From Clostridiales bacterium UBA6330 (GTDB lineage Bacteria; Bacillota; Clostridia; Oscillospirales; CAG-272), in the NCBI GenBank assembly GCA_002438075.1, contig DJSQ01000212.1, forward strand, positions 20,182 through 84,181: a stretch of DNA of 64,000 nucleotides. Reading direction: 5' to 3'. The notes beneath the pieces are model-generated. The model ran no database searches. It was not told the DNA's origin and saw only the letters and a program-made list of their open reading frames with translations. Both the position numbers and the translations under genes were made by a program. Shown here piece by piece: positions 8,655 to 17,694 of the stretch (the first letter of the stretch is position 1; each line of letters opens with the position of its first letter).

Positions 8655-9130
8655 TGGGACAGGCAATCAAGGAGCTTTTCACAAATTACTGGATTATCAG
8701 CGCGATTGTGGCATGGTTCACGGCGCAGATTATCAAAATTTTTACGGGTGTTTTCCGTCAGCGGGAATTCTCGGTTCATGCCATGCTGTTCGGGACGGGC
8801 GGAATGCCGTCCTCGCACACGGCATCGGTTTGCGCACTCTGCACGGCGTTTGCCGTGAAGGACGGCTTTGCCTCGCGCGGCTTTGCCATCAGCGCCCTGC
8901 TGTGCATTGTGGTGATTACCGATGCGGTCGGCGTGCGGCGGGAGACGGGCAAGCAGTCGCAGGCGCTGAACACGCTTTTGGGGCGGGTCTTTACCGAAAA
9001 GGACAAGAAGCAATTGCCCGACCATTTCCGCGAGCTGATCGGGCACACCCCGTTGCAGGTTGTCTGCGGTGCGATTCTCGGCGTGGGCGTGGCACTGCTG
9101 GTACATCTGATTCCCGTTTTTCACGGCTGA
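8654..9130 (+). CDS. Divergent PAP2 (DUF212) family membrane protein
   Basis: Start at MGQAIKELF (ATG 8654, overlapping the ispA stop). GGMPSSHTA motif and 4 TM segments. Confidence 0.8.
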   Translation: MGQAIKELFTNYWIISAIVAWFTAQIIKIFTGVFRQREFSVHAMLFGTGGMPSSHTASVCALCTAFAVKDGFASRGFAISALLCIVVITDAVGVRRETGKQSQALNTLLGRVFTEKDKKQLPDHFRELIGHTPLQVVCGAILGVGVALLVHLIPVFHG

Positions 9131-9134
9131 CGCG

Positions 9135-9959
9135 ATGCGGGCGGATGTATTTCTCGCATCGGGCGGCTACGCGCCGAGCAGGGAGCAGGCAAAGCGCCTG
9201 ATTCTGGAGGGGCTTGTGACGTTGGACGGCAGGCTCCTGCGGCGCGCGGCGGAGGAGGTCGGAGAAGGACCGCACACGGTCACGGTGTCGGGTCCCGAGC
9301 GGTTCGTCAGCCGCGGCGGAAGCAAGCTGGAGGCGGCGCTCTCCGCGTTCGGCTTGGACCCCTCGGGGTGGCGGGCGCTGGACATCGGCGCGTCCACGGG
9401 CGGGTTTACCGACTGCCTGCTTCGCCACGGTGCCGCAGAGGTCGTTGCGGTGGATTCGGGCGCGGGACAGCTGGCGGAGACATTACGTAACGACCCGCGT
9501 GTGCAGTCCCACGAGCATTGCAACGCGCGGGACCTGACGGCGGACGCAATCGGCGGCAGGGTGCGGCTGATTGTGATGGACGTATCCTTCATTTCCGCCA
9601 CGTTGATTCTGCCGCGCTTTCCCGCGCTGTTGGAATCGGTCGGTGACGCGGTCTGCCTCATCAAGCCGCAGTTTGAGGTGGGGCGGTCGAACATCGGAAA
9701 GGGCGGAATCGTCCGCGACCCGCGCGCACATCGGCTTGCGGTGGAGCGGGTGCTGGACTGTGCCGCATCGCTCGGGCTTTGCGCCGCGGGGCTGATTCCG
9801 TCCCCCATTCTCGGCGGGGACGGAAACCGCGAATTTCTCGTGCATCTGACGGTGGGGCAGTCGGTCCCGCCAATCTCCCAAAAGCGCATCGCGGCAGTGC
9901 TCGCAAATACCGAAAAAGGAGACGGCTATGCTGAAAATTGCGTTGGTAACAAACTTTAA
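9135..9959 (+). CDS. tlyA: TlyA-family rRNA 2'-O-methyltransferase (S4 domain + FtsJ-like)
   Basis: 274 aa. N-terminal S4-like RADVFLASGGYAPSREQAKRLI and SAM motif LDIGASTGGFTD. Confidence 0.85.
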   Translation: MRADVFLASGGYAPSREQAKRLILEGLVTLDGRLLRRAAEEVGEGPHTVTVSGPERFVSRGGSKLEAALSAFGLDPSGWRALDIGASTGGFTDCLLRHGAAEVVAVDSGAGQLAETLRNDPRVQSHEHCNARDLTADAIGGRVRLIVMDVSFISATLILPRFPALLESVGDAVCLIKPQFEVGRSNIGKGGIVRDPRAHRLAVERVLDCAASLGLCAAGLIPSPILGGDGNREFLVHLTVGQSVPPISQKRIAAVLANTEKGDGYAENCVGNKL

Positions 9960-10806
9960 CATTCCCGAAAAGCTGCGGGCGGCGGCAGACACGGCGGATA
10001 AGCTGATCGGAGAGGGCGGAACGGTTCTGATCGCCTCCTTCAACCGCGATAAGCTGATGCGTGCGCATCGGAACCGCCCCGAATTCCGTTACCTGCCAAT
10101 CGATACACTTTATGCCGAGGCGGATATCATCATCGTGCTCGGCGGAGACGGGAGCATTCTGGAGGCGGCGCGGCGGGCGGCAATGCGCGCAACGCCGATT
10201 CTCGGCATCAATTTCGGCAGGCTCGGCTATATGGCGGAGCTGGAGGCGGGGGAGACGGACGACCTGCACAAGCTCTTCACGGGGGAATATACGCTGGAGA
10301 AGCGCTCCATGCTCCGCGTGGACCTGCTCGGCACGGGCGGGGAGCTGAAGTCCTTCTGCTACGCGCTCAATGACGCGGTGGTGTCAAACGGCTCGGTGGC
10401 GCGGGTGATTGATCTGGAGCTGCGCGAGAACGGCGAAGCGGTTACAACCTACCGCGCGGACGGGCTGATTATCGCAACCCCGACAGGCTCCACGGCGTAT
10501 TCCATGTCGGCGGGCGGCGCGATTGTGGACCCGACGGTCCCGTGCTTCTGCGTCACGCCGATCTGTCCGCATTCCTTTGCGGCAAGACCGCTGATTTTTT
10601 CGGACCGCTCGGTGCTGGAAATCCGCAACATCTGCGTGCGGGAAAAACAGCTCTACCTGACCGTGGACGGCAAAATCAGCTTTGAAATGGGGCGCGGACA
10701 AACGGTCCGTGTCACGCGGTCCAAGCCGGAGACCAAGCTGGTGCGGTTCCGCAAAAACGGCTTTTATCGGGTCCTGTGCCGAAAATTGCAGGATTCGCAT
10801 TTCTGA
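9928..10806 (+). CDS. nadK: NAD kinase
   Basis: 292 aa. IIIVLGGDGSILEAAR and NFGRLGYM motifs. GGAG RBS. Overlaps the tlyA 3' end by 32 nt. Confidence 0.9.
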   Translation: MLKIALVTNFNIPEKLRAAADTADKLIGEGGTVLIASFNRDKLMRAHRNRPEFRYLPIDTLYAEADIIIVLGGDGSILEAARRAAMRATPILGINFGRLGYMAELEAGETDDLHKLFTGEYTLEKRSMLRVDLLGTGGELKSFCYALNDAVVSNGSVARVIDLELRENGEAVTTYRADGLIIATPTGSTAYSMSAGGAIVDPTVPCFCVTPICPHSFAARPLIFSDRSVLEIRNICVREKQLYLTVDGKISFEMGRGQTVRVTRSKPETKLVRFRKNGFYRVLCRKLQDSHF

Positions 10807-10821
10807 TAAGGAGGGAGCGAC

Positions 10822-11277
10822 ATGAAACGAAACCGACAGGAAAAGCTCTTGGAGCTGATTTCCCGCTACGAAATCGAAACGCAGGACGAATTGCTGGAGC
10901 GTCTGCGTGAGAACGGCTATAACGCAACGCAGGCAACCATTTCGCGCGACATCCGCGAATTGCAGATTGCCAAAATGACCACGGGCAGGGGGACCTACCG
11001 CTATGTGCTTCCCAAGCACGCGGAGCCTTCTCCCGCAGTCAATTTCAGCGCGGCGTTGATTGATTCGATTATCAACGTGCAGTACGCGCAGAATCTGGTG
11101 GTCCTGAAAACCTACCCGGGGCTTGCCTCGGCGGTTGCGGCGGGCATCGACCGAATGCAGGCAAACCAGATTCTCGGCTGTGTGGCGGGGGATGATACCA
11201 TTCTGGTCGTGACGCAGGACGAGGACTGTGCGCGGATGCTCTCGGAGCAGGTGCACGACCTCTTGCGGGGCATCTGA
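10822..11277 (+). CDS. argR: Arginine repressor
   Basis: 151 aa. QDELLERLRENGYNATQATISRDIRELQ winged-helix N-terminus and a C-terminal GxxAGDDT-like motif (CVAGDDTILVV). Confidence 0.9.
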   Translation: MKRNRQEKLLELISRYEIETQDELLERLRENGYNATQATISRDIRELQIAKMTTGRGTYRYVLPKHAEPSPAVNFSAALIDSIINVQYAQNLVVLKTYPGLASAVAAGIDRMQANQILGCVAGDDTILVVTQDEDCARMLSEQVHDLLRGI

Positions 11278-11278
11278 T

Positions 11279-12973
11279 ATGCTGCGGTCCCTACATATCG
11301 AAAACATCGCGGTCATCCGCGAAATCGACGTGGAATTTGATGGCGGGCTGTCGGTTCTCACGGGCGAGACAGGCGCGGGAAAATCCATCATCATCGACAG
11401 CATCAACCTCCTGCTCGGCAACCGCGTACCGAAGGAAATTGTGCGCGCGGGACAGGAGCAGGCGGTCATCTGCGCGGTGTTCGAGGAGCTGTCGGACGCG
11501 GCGTGCGCCAAGCTCGCGGAGTTGGGCTTCCCCTCGGAGGACCGCACGCTGATGCTCCAGCGCAGGCTCTCGGCGGACGGCAAAACGCAGACCCGTCTGA
11601 ACGGGCAGATTGTCACGCAGACGATTCAGAAGCAGATTGCGCCCTATCTCATCAGCATTCACGGGCAGACCGACAGCCACAGGCTCCTGCAAAAGGCATC
11701 GCACCGCGAGCTGTTGGACGCATTCGCGCGGTCGGACGACGAGCTGGCGGTTTACCGCAAGGCTTACGGAAAATGGCGCGAGGCGGAGAAAAAGCTCGCC
11801 TCGCTGACGCGGGACGAATCCGAGCGGGTGCGGCTTCAGGAGATGCTCCGCTATCAGCTGGAGGACATCGACGCGGTGAAGCTGCACGACCCCGAAGAGG
11901 AGGACCGCCTCACGCACGAGCGCGACAGGCTGGCGAACCTCGAGAAAATCGGGCGGCAGATTGACCTTTGCTACCGTCTGCTGGCGGGCGGGGAAAAGAC
12001 CGATGCGGCGGGACTGTTGCGCCGCGCGGAGAATGCGGTGCGGTCGCTCTCGGGGCTGATTGACGGCGCAGACGAGCTGGCGGAGCGCCTTGCCTCGGCG
12101 GAATCCGAGATTGTGGACGTTGCCGAAACGGTTGCGGGCTTTGCCGACACCGACCGCGAGGACCCGACCGTGCGGATTGATCGCATCGAGGGGCGGCTGG
12201 ATGCCATTGCAAAGCTGAAGCGCAAGTACGGCGGGAGCGTGGCGGAAATTCTTGCCTTCCGCGTCCGCGCGGCGGAGCAGTTGGAGGCGCTGGACTACTC
12301 GGATGTGACCCGTGCGGAGGTCGAAAAGACCTGCGCGGCGCTGCGGCATGAGGTCATTTCACACGCGTCTGCATTGCATGAGGTGCGGCTCCGCGCGGCG
12401 CATGACGTGGTGGAGCGCGTGACCGAGGCTCTGCGCTTTCTGGATATGCCGAAGGTGCGGATGGATATCCGCGTTGCCAAATCGGAGCCGTGCGAGAACG
12501 GCGCGGACGATGTGGAGTTCCTGATTGCCACCAACCCCGGGGAGCCGGTCCAGCCGTTGGCGCGGATTGCCTCGGGCGGCGAGCTGTCACGCATGATGCT
12601 GGCTCTGCGCTCAGCACTGGATGACCAAGACGGGGCAACCACCGTGATTTTTGATGAAATCGACACGGGCGTCTCGGGCAAGACCTCCCGCAAAATCGGG
12701 CTGAAGCTGAAGGAAACGGCAAGAGGCTCGCAGGTGCTGTGCGTGACGCACTCGGCGCAGATTGCATCGCTGGCGGACTGCCACTATCTGATTACCAAGA
12801 GCGAGAAGGACGGACGCGCCGAAACCGCAGTCACACGCCTGACGGGGGACGCACGGGTGGAGGAGATTGCGCGGATTCTCGGCGGCATTCATGTCACCGA
12901 CACCCAGCGCAACGCCGCGCGGGAGATGATTGAGGGCATGGACACGGACGGAACGGAGGCGGGATACCGATGA
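11279..12973 (+). CDS. recN: DNA repair protein RecN
   Basis: Start at MLRSLHIENIAVI (ATG 11279). Walker A GETGAGKS, long coiled coil, C-terminal signature SGGELSR and Walker B VIFDEID. Confidence 0.9.
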   Translation: MLRSLHIENIAVIREIDVEFDGGLSVLTGETGAGKSIIIDSINLLLGNRVPKEIVRAGQEQAVICAVFEELSDAACAKLAELGFPSEDRTLMLQRRLSADGKTQTRLNGQIVTQTIQKQIAPYLISIHGQTDSHRLLQKASHRELLDAFARSDDELAVYRKAYGKWREAEKKLASLTRDESERVRLQEMLRYQLEDIDAVKLHDPEEEDRLTHERDRLANLEKIGRQIDLCYRLLAGGEKTDAAGLLRRAENAVRSLSGLIDGADELAERLASAESEIVDVAETVAGFADTDREDPTVRIDRIEGRLDAIAKLKRKYGGSVAEILAFRVRAAEQLEALDYSDVTRAEVEKTCAALRHEVISHASALHEVRLRAAHDVVERVTEALRFLDMPKVRMDIRVAKSEPCENGADDVEFLIATNPGEPVQPLARIASGGELSRMMLALRSALDDQDGATTVIFDEIDTGVSGKTSRKIGLKLKETARGSQVLCVTHSAQIASLADCHYLITKSEKDGRAETAVTRLTGDARVEEIARILGGIHVTDTQRNAAREMIEGMDTDGTEAGYR

Positions 12974-13449
12974 AAACCAAAACCAATGCGATGCGGATGC
13001 TGGATGCCGCAAAAATTCCGTATGAGGTGCTGGAATACCGCGTGGATGAGGACGACCTGAGCGGCGTTCACATTGCCGAGGAGCTGGGCTTCCCGCCCGA
13101 GCGGATGTTCAAAACGCTGGTGGCAAAGGGGGATAAGACAGGTCCCGTGGTGTTCTGCATTCCCGTGGCGGAGGAAATCGATTTGCGCCCTGCGGCGGCG
13201 CTGACGGGGAACAAAAAGATTGAAATGGTTCACGTCAAGGACCTGCTCGGGCTGACGGGCTACATTCGCGGCGGCTGTTCGCCCATCGGAATGAAGAAGA
13301 AATTCCCCACGTGGTTTGACGAAAGCGTGCTGAATTTTGACCGCGTTACGGTCAGCTCGGGCACGCGCGGCGCACAGCTGCTTTTGGACCGTGCGGCGCT
13401 CCTGCAATTCGTTGGTGCGCAAATCGCCCCACTGACCGCGAAGAAATGA
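12970..13449 (+). CDS. ybaK: Cys-tRNA(Pro)/Cys-tRNA(Cys) deacylase YbaK
   Basis: 159 aa. MKTKTNAMRMLDAAKIPYEV... and FKTLVAKGDK are typical YbaK. ATGA overlap with recN. Confidence 0.85.
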   Translation: MKTKTNAMRMLDAAKIPYEVLEYRVDEDDLSGVHIAEELGFPPERMFKTLVAKGDKTGPVVFCIPVAEEIDLRPAAALTGNKKIEMVHVKDLLGLTGYIRGGCSPIGMKKKFPTWFDESVLNFDRVTVSSGTRGAQLLLDRAALLQFVGAQIAPLTAKK

Positions 13450-13480
13450 CGCGAAAACCGCCGAAAATGAAAAATTCCTC

Positions 13481-13509
13481 TTGCAAACGGCGGGGAAAAG
13501 TAGTATAAT
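13481..13509 (+). promoter_or_regulatory. Promoter (TTGCAA, 17 nt, TATAAT) ahead of the argS leader
   Basis: ttgcaa at 13481-13486 and tataat at 13504-13509. Confidence 0.45.
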
Positions 13510-13515
13510 AATATA

Positions 13516-13803
13516 CAGGCTGTAAGCAAAACGATTGACTTTTGTCAAAATGGGGTGAAAGTTTTCGCCCGCCTTTTTGGGGAGGCGGCGCGGTCGAGGA
13601 CGCGGAGTCCTCGTCGCGCTCCGCAGAGCGCGAAATTCCCATATGGCGCTTTCTTTTTGCAGCTTTGCGAAGCAAAGTGTGCTTTTCTCTTTGCGCCTAC
13701 ATGGTCAAAGAAAAAGCGTTAAAGAAATTTGTGCTTTTTTGAGCGATAAGCCATACATCTCAGCCTGTAACATAGAGTTATTGTAATTTGACGAGGTATT
13801 GAA
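13516..13803 (+). other. About 290-nt highly structured leader or ncRNA upstream of argS, class not recognised
   Basis: Several nested helices:
- long-range caggctg (13516-13522) / cagcctg (13761-13767);
- a ~13-bp hairpin at 13589-13620;
- an overlapping alternative hairpin gcgctc-cgca-gagcgc;
- ccat..ggcgc / gcgcc..atgg enclosing gcagctttgc-gaa-gcaaagtgtgc.
No convincing ORF. Confidence 0.3.
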
Positions 13804-15537
13804 ATGCAAACCATCAAAAAGAGAATTGCGGAGCAGGTCCTCGCGGGCGTGCGGAAGGTCAACCCCGATACGGCACTGACGGCGGGGGAGATTGCGGGAA
13901 TGCTCGAATATCCGCCCGACCCCGCAATGGGCGACCTTGCCTTTCCCTGCTTCAAACTCAGCCGCGAGCTGCGCCGCTCTCCGATTCAGATTGCATCAGC
14001 GCTGAAGGAGGACTTGGCAGACGAGGCAATCGGCTCGGTTGAGGTCGCGGGCGGGTACCTGAATATCCGCATTGCAAACGCGTATCTCGGCGGAACGGTG
14101 GTCCCCGAAATTCTGGAAAAAGGGGAGCAATACGGCGCGCAGACCTTCGGCTGCGGCAAAAAGGTGGTGCTGGACTACTCCTCGCCGAACGTTGCAAAGC
14201 CCTTTCACATCGGGCATCTCGGAACCACGGTCATCGGACATTCCCTGCGCAAGCTGCATGAGTTTGCCGGCTACGAATGCTACGGCATCAACTACCTCGG
14301 CGACTGGGGCACGCAGTTCGGCAAGCTGATTGCGGCATACCACCGCTGGGGAAGCCGCGAAATGATTGAAAAGGGCGGCATTGACAAGCTGGTGGAGCTG
14401 TACGTCCGCGTGAACAACGAAATCAAGGGCGACCCCGAGCACGGAATCCCCGCGAATACGGCGCTGGCGGACGAGGCGAGAGCCGAATTCCACAAGCTGG
14501 AAACGGGAGACGAGGAAAACCTCGCGCTCTGGCGGTGGTTCGTGCAGATCAGCCTTGCGGAGTACGAAAAGACCTATAAACAGCTCGGCATCACCTTCGA
14601 TTCCTATCGCGGCGAGAGCTTTTATACCGATAAAATGCCCGCGCAGATTGAAATTCTGCGCGAGAAGGGCTTGTTGAAGCTGGATGACGGCGCATCGATC
14701 GTTGACCTTTCCGAGTACAATATGCCGCCCTGCCTGATTCTCAAGCGGGACGGGTCCACGCTCTATCCCACGCGTGACATCGCGGCGGCGGTTTACCGCA
14801 AGGAGACCCTGCACTTCGATAAAATGATTTACGTCACCAGTGCCCAGCAGTGCCTGCACTTTGCGCAGTGGTTCAAGGTTGTGGAGCTGATGGGGTATCC
14901 GTGGTATAACGAATTGGTCCATGTGCCCTACGGGACCGTGTCGCTCAACGGCGAGAAGCTGGCAACGCGGACCGGAAACGTGGTGCTTCTGCGCGACCTG
15001 TTCGCCCTTGCCATCGACAAGGTCAAGGGAATTATGAAGGAGAAGAACCCCGACAGACAGGACGATGACGCAACGGCAGAGGCGGTCGGTGTCGGCGCGG
15101 TGGTGTTCTACTACCTGTCGAATACCCGCATGAAGGATATCAACTTCGTCATGGACGAGGCGCTGAACTTCGACGGCAACACGGGTCCCTATGTCCAGTA
15201 CACCTACGCGCGCGCCTGCTCGGTGCTGGAGCGTGGGGGAGCGGTGACGGCGGGTCCCATGACCGTGACAACCGACGAGGAAGCGGCGCTCATCAAAACG
15301 CTTTGCCGCTACGGGGAGCGGGTGACGGCGGCAATCGCCGATTATGAGCCGAGCTATATCACGCGGTTCATTCTGGATGTGGCGGCGGGCTTCAACCGCT
15401 TCTACCACAACTGTCGGATTCTCTCGGCGGAGGACCCTGCGGTCCGCGAAAGCAGACTGCGCCTGACCGCGGCGGTGAAAAACGTGCTGGGCAGTGCGTT
15501 TGAATTGATTTGTCTGAAAAAGACCGAAAAGGTCTGA
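13804..15537 (+). CDS. argS: Arginine--tRNA ligase
   Basis: 577 aa. HIGH-type motif PFHIGHLGTTVIG, an anticodon-binding C-terminal domain, and typical length. Confidence 0.95.
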   Translation: MQTIKKRIAEQVLAGVRKVNPDTALTAGEIAGMLEYPPDPAMGDLAFPCFKLSRELRRSPIQIASALKEDLADEAIGSVEVAGGYLNIRIANAYLGGTVVPEILEKGEQYGAQTFGCGKKVVLDYSSPNVAKPFHIGHLGTTVIGHSLRKLHEFAGYECYGINYLGDWGTQFGKLIAAYHRWGSREMIEKGGIDKLVELYVRVNNEIKGDPEHGIPANTALADEARAEFHKLETGDEENLALWRWFVQISLAEYEKTYKQLGITFDSYRGESFYTDKMPAQIEILREKGLLKLDDGASIVDLSEYNMPPCLILKRDGSTLYPTRDIAAAVYRKETLHFDKMIYVTSAQQCLHFAQWFKVVELMGYPWYNELVHVPYGTVSLNGEKLATRTGNVVLLRDLFALAIDKVKGIMKEKNPDRQDDDATAEAVGVGAVVFYYLSNTRMKDINFVMDEALNFDGNTGPYVQYTYARACSVLERGGAVTAGPMTVTTDEEAALIKTLCRYGERVTAAIADYEPSYITRFILDVAAGFNRFYHNCRILSAEDPAVRESRLRLTAAVKNVLGSAFELICLKKTEKV

Positions 15538-15563
15538 ACCATAGAAGAGTGAGGTAAGAAACA

Positions 15564-16298
15564 ATGTCCGGACACAGCAAATGGGCAAACATCAAGCACA
15601 AGAAAGAAAAGACCGATGCCGCAAGAGGCAAGGTCTTTACCAAAATCGGCAAGGAAATTACCATTGCCGTCAAGGAGGGCGGCGGGGATCCCGCATCGAA
15701 CTCCAAATTGCGCGACCTGATTCAGAAGGCGAAGGCGAACAACGTTCCGAACGATAACATCGAGCGTTGCATCAAAAAGGCGCTCGGCTCCACGGGCGAG
15801 ACCTACGAGGAGGTTTCCTACGAGGGCTACGGTCCTGCGGGCATTGCGGTCCTTGTCACGGCAACCACCGATAACCGCAACCGCACGGCGGGCAATGTGC
15901 GCGCGTACTTCTCCAAGTACCACGGCAACATGGGGCAGACGGGTTGCGTCGGCTACCTCTTTACCGATGTCGGCGAAATCGTTGTGGACAACGAGGACGG
16001 CGACGTGGACGAGGACAAGCTGATGGAAACCGCGCTTGAGGCGGGCGCGACCGACTTCAAGTCGGACGGTGAGGTGTTTGTCATCACCACCGAGCCGGAC
16101 GATGTGTACGCCATTCAGGAGGACCTTGCAAAGGCGGGGTACGAAATTCTGTCGGCGGAAAAGACCAAGCGCGCGTCCACGGGCGTGACGCTGGAGAACG
16201 AGGACGACATCAAGTTCATGAACCTCCTGATTGAAAAGCTCGAGGAGGACGACGACGTGATGGACGTTTACCACAACTGGGAGAACTGCGACGACTGA
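15564..16298 (+). CDS. yebC: YebC/PmpR family transcriptional regulator
   Basis: 244 aa. MSGHSKWANIKHKKEKTDAARGKVFTK is the family's signature N-terminus. Confidence 0.9.
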   Translation: MSGHSKWANIKHKKEKTDAARGKVFTKIGKEITIAVKEGGGDPASNSKLRDLIQKAKANNVPNDNIERCIKKALGSTGETYEEVSYEGYGPAGIAVLVTATTDNRNRTAGNVRAYFSKYHGNMGQTGCVGYLFTDVGEIVVDNEDGDVDEDKLMETALEAGATDFKSDGEVFVITTEPDDVYAIQEDLAKAGYEILSAEKTKRASTGVTLENEDDIKFMNLLIEKLEEDDDVMDVYHNWENCDD

Positions 16299-16304
16299 TA
16301 CCGT

Positions 16305-17615
16305 ATGGAACTGACAGCCATCCTCTGCGGACTGACCGGCTTGGGTGTATTTCTGTCGGTGCTTCTGAAACCGGAGTTTACGATCGGTAAGCTCCGGTTT
16401 GGCACGTATTGGGTCATTTCGCTGGCGGGCGCGCTTCTGCTTGTCCCGCTGTGCGGAATTCCGCTCTCCTACATCGGGCGGGAGCTGACAGCCGATTCAT
16501 CGGTCAACCCCATTAAAATTCTGTTGCTGTTTTTCAGCATGACCTTCCTGTCGGTGTATCTGGACGAGGTGGGCTTTTTCCGTTATCTCGCTTCGGCGGC
16601 ACTGCGCAGGGCGGGCGGAAGTCAGACCGCGCTCTTTTTGGTGCTTTACCTCACCGTTGCGGTGCTGACGGTCTTTACCTCCAACGACATCGTGATTCTG
16701 ACCTTCACGCCCTTCATCTGCTTTTTTGCACGGCGGGCGAAAATCGACCCGCTCCCGTATCTCATTGCCGAATTCGTTGCGGCGAACACGTGGAGCCTGC
16801 TGTTTGTTATCGGCAACCCGACCAACATCTACCTTGCAACGGCGGCGGGCATCGGGTTTGTCCCGTATCTCGCGGTCATGGCACTGCCGACCTGCATGGC
16901 GGGGGTGACCTCGCTCGGGGTCCTGTGGCTTCTGTTCCGTCGGAAGCTGCGGGAGCCGATGCAGGGAGGGGAGACGGATGCGGAAAGGATTGCGGACCCG
17001 CATGAATTGGAGCTTGGCGTGTTCCATCTCGCGGGTGCCACCCTGCTTCTGGCGCTCAGCTCCTATCTGCATCTGGAAATGGTCTGGGCGGCACTCGGCT
17101 TCGCGCTGTCGCTGGCGGCCCTGACCGCTCTGCTGTTCCTGCACCGCCATGCAAGACCGACGGTCCTGCTCTCGGCGGTCAAGCGTTTGCCGTTTGAGCT
17201 GATTCCCTTTGTCCTGTCCATGTTCGTGCTGGTGCTCGGCATGAACTATTCGGGGCTGACCGAGCGTCTCGCGGCGGTTCTTGTAACCGACCGCCCGATT
17301 CTCAGCATCGGGGTCTCCTCCTTCTTTGCGGCAAATCTCATCAACAACATCCCCATGAGCGTGCTGTTCAGCTCGGTGCTGGAGACCGTAACCGACCCCG
17401 AGGTCTACCGACAGGGCGTTTTTGCGGCGGTGGTCGGCTCCAACATCGGCGCGTATCTGACCCCTGTCGGCGCTTTGGCGGGCATCATGTGGTCGTCCAT
17501 CCTGCGGCGCTTCGGCGTGCGGTTTTCCTTCCGCCGCTTCCTGCTGTACGGAGCCGCAGTCGCAATCCCCACGCTTTTGGCGGCGCTTGCGGGACTTTGG
17601 ATTGTATTGGCATGA
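16305..17615 (+). CDS. ArsB/NhaD-superfamily permease
   Basis: 436 aa, about 10-12 TM segments. SNDIVILTFTPF and ANLINNIPMSVLF resemble the duplicated hairpin motifs of ArsB/NhaD/CitMHS transporters. Confidence 0.6.
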   Translation: MELTAILCGLTGLGVFLSVLLKPEFTIGKLRFGTYWVISLAGALLLVPLCGIPLSYIGRELTADSSVNPIKILLLFFSMTFLSVYLDEVGFFRYLASAALRRAGGSQTALFLVLYLTVAVLTVFTSNDIVILTFTPFICFFARRAKIDPLPYLIAEFVAANTWSLLFVIGNPTNIYLATAAGIGFVPYLAVMALPTCMAGVTSLGVLWLLFRRKLREPMQGGETDAERIADPHELELGVFHLAGATLLLALSSYLHLEMVWAALGFALSLAALTALLFLHRHARPTVLLSAVKRLPFELIPFVLSMFVLVLGMNYSGLTERLAAVLVTDRPILSIGVSSFFAANLINNIPMSVLFSSVLETVTDPEVYRQGVFAAVVGSNIGAYLTPVGALAGIMWSSILRRFGVRFSFRRFLLYGAAVAIPTLLAALAGLWIVLA

Positions 17616-17620
17616 TATGC

Positions 17621-17649
17621 TTGACATTTTTCGTCTGATGTGGTATAAT
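17621..17649 (+). promoter_or_regulatory. Promoter (TTGACA, 17 nt, TGgTATAAT)
   Basis: ttgaca at 17621-17626 and tataat at 17644-17649 with an extended -10 TG, 45 nt upstream of the 17695 start. Confidence 0.5.
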
Positions 17650-17694
17650 AGTGTAGAATTGATTCTTTGCGGAAAGGCGGTGTGAAACCGAGCA

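Noticed and set aside
13516-13803. A T-box riboswitch upstream of argS.
   Set aside because: It is expected from context, but I found no T-box 14-mer (GGGUGGUACCGCG-like). The closest string, AUGGGGUGAAAG at 13550-13561, is at the wrong (5') end and lacks the UGGN acceptor-binding core. There is no clear specifier-loop/AGAGA arrangement and no T-tailed terminator. The region is kept as an unclassified structured leader instead.
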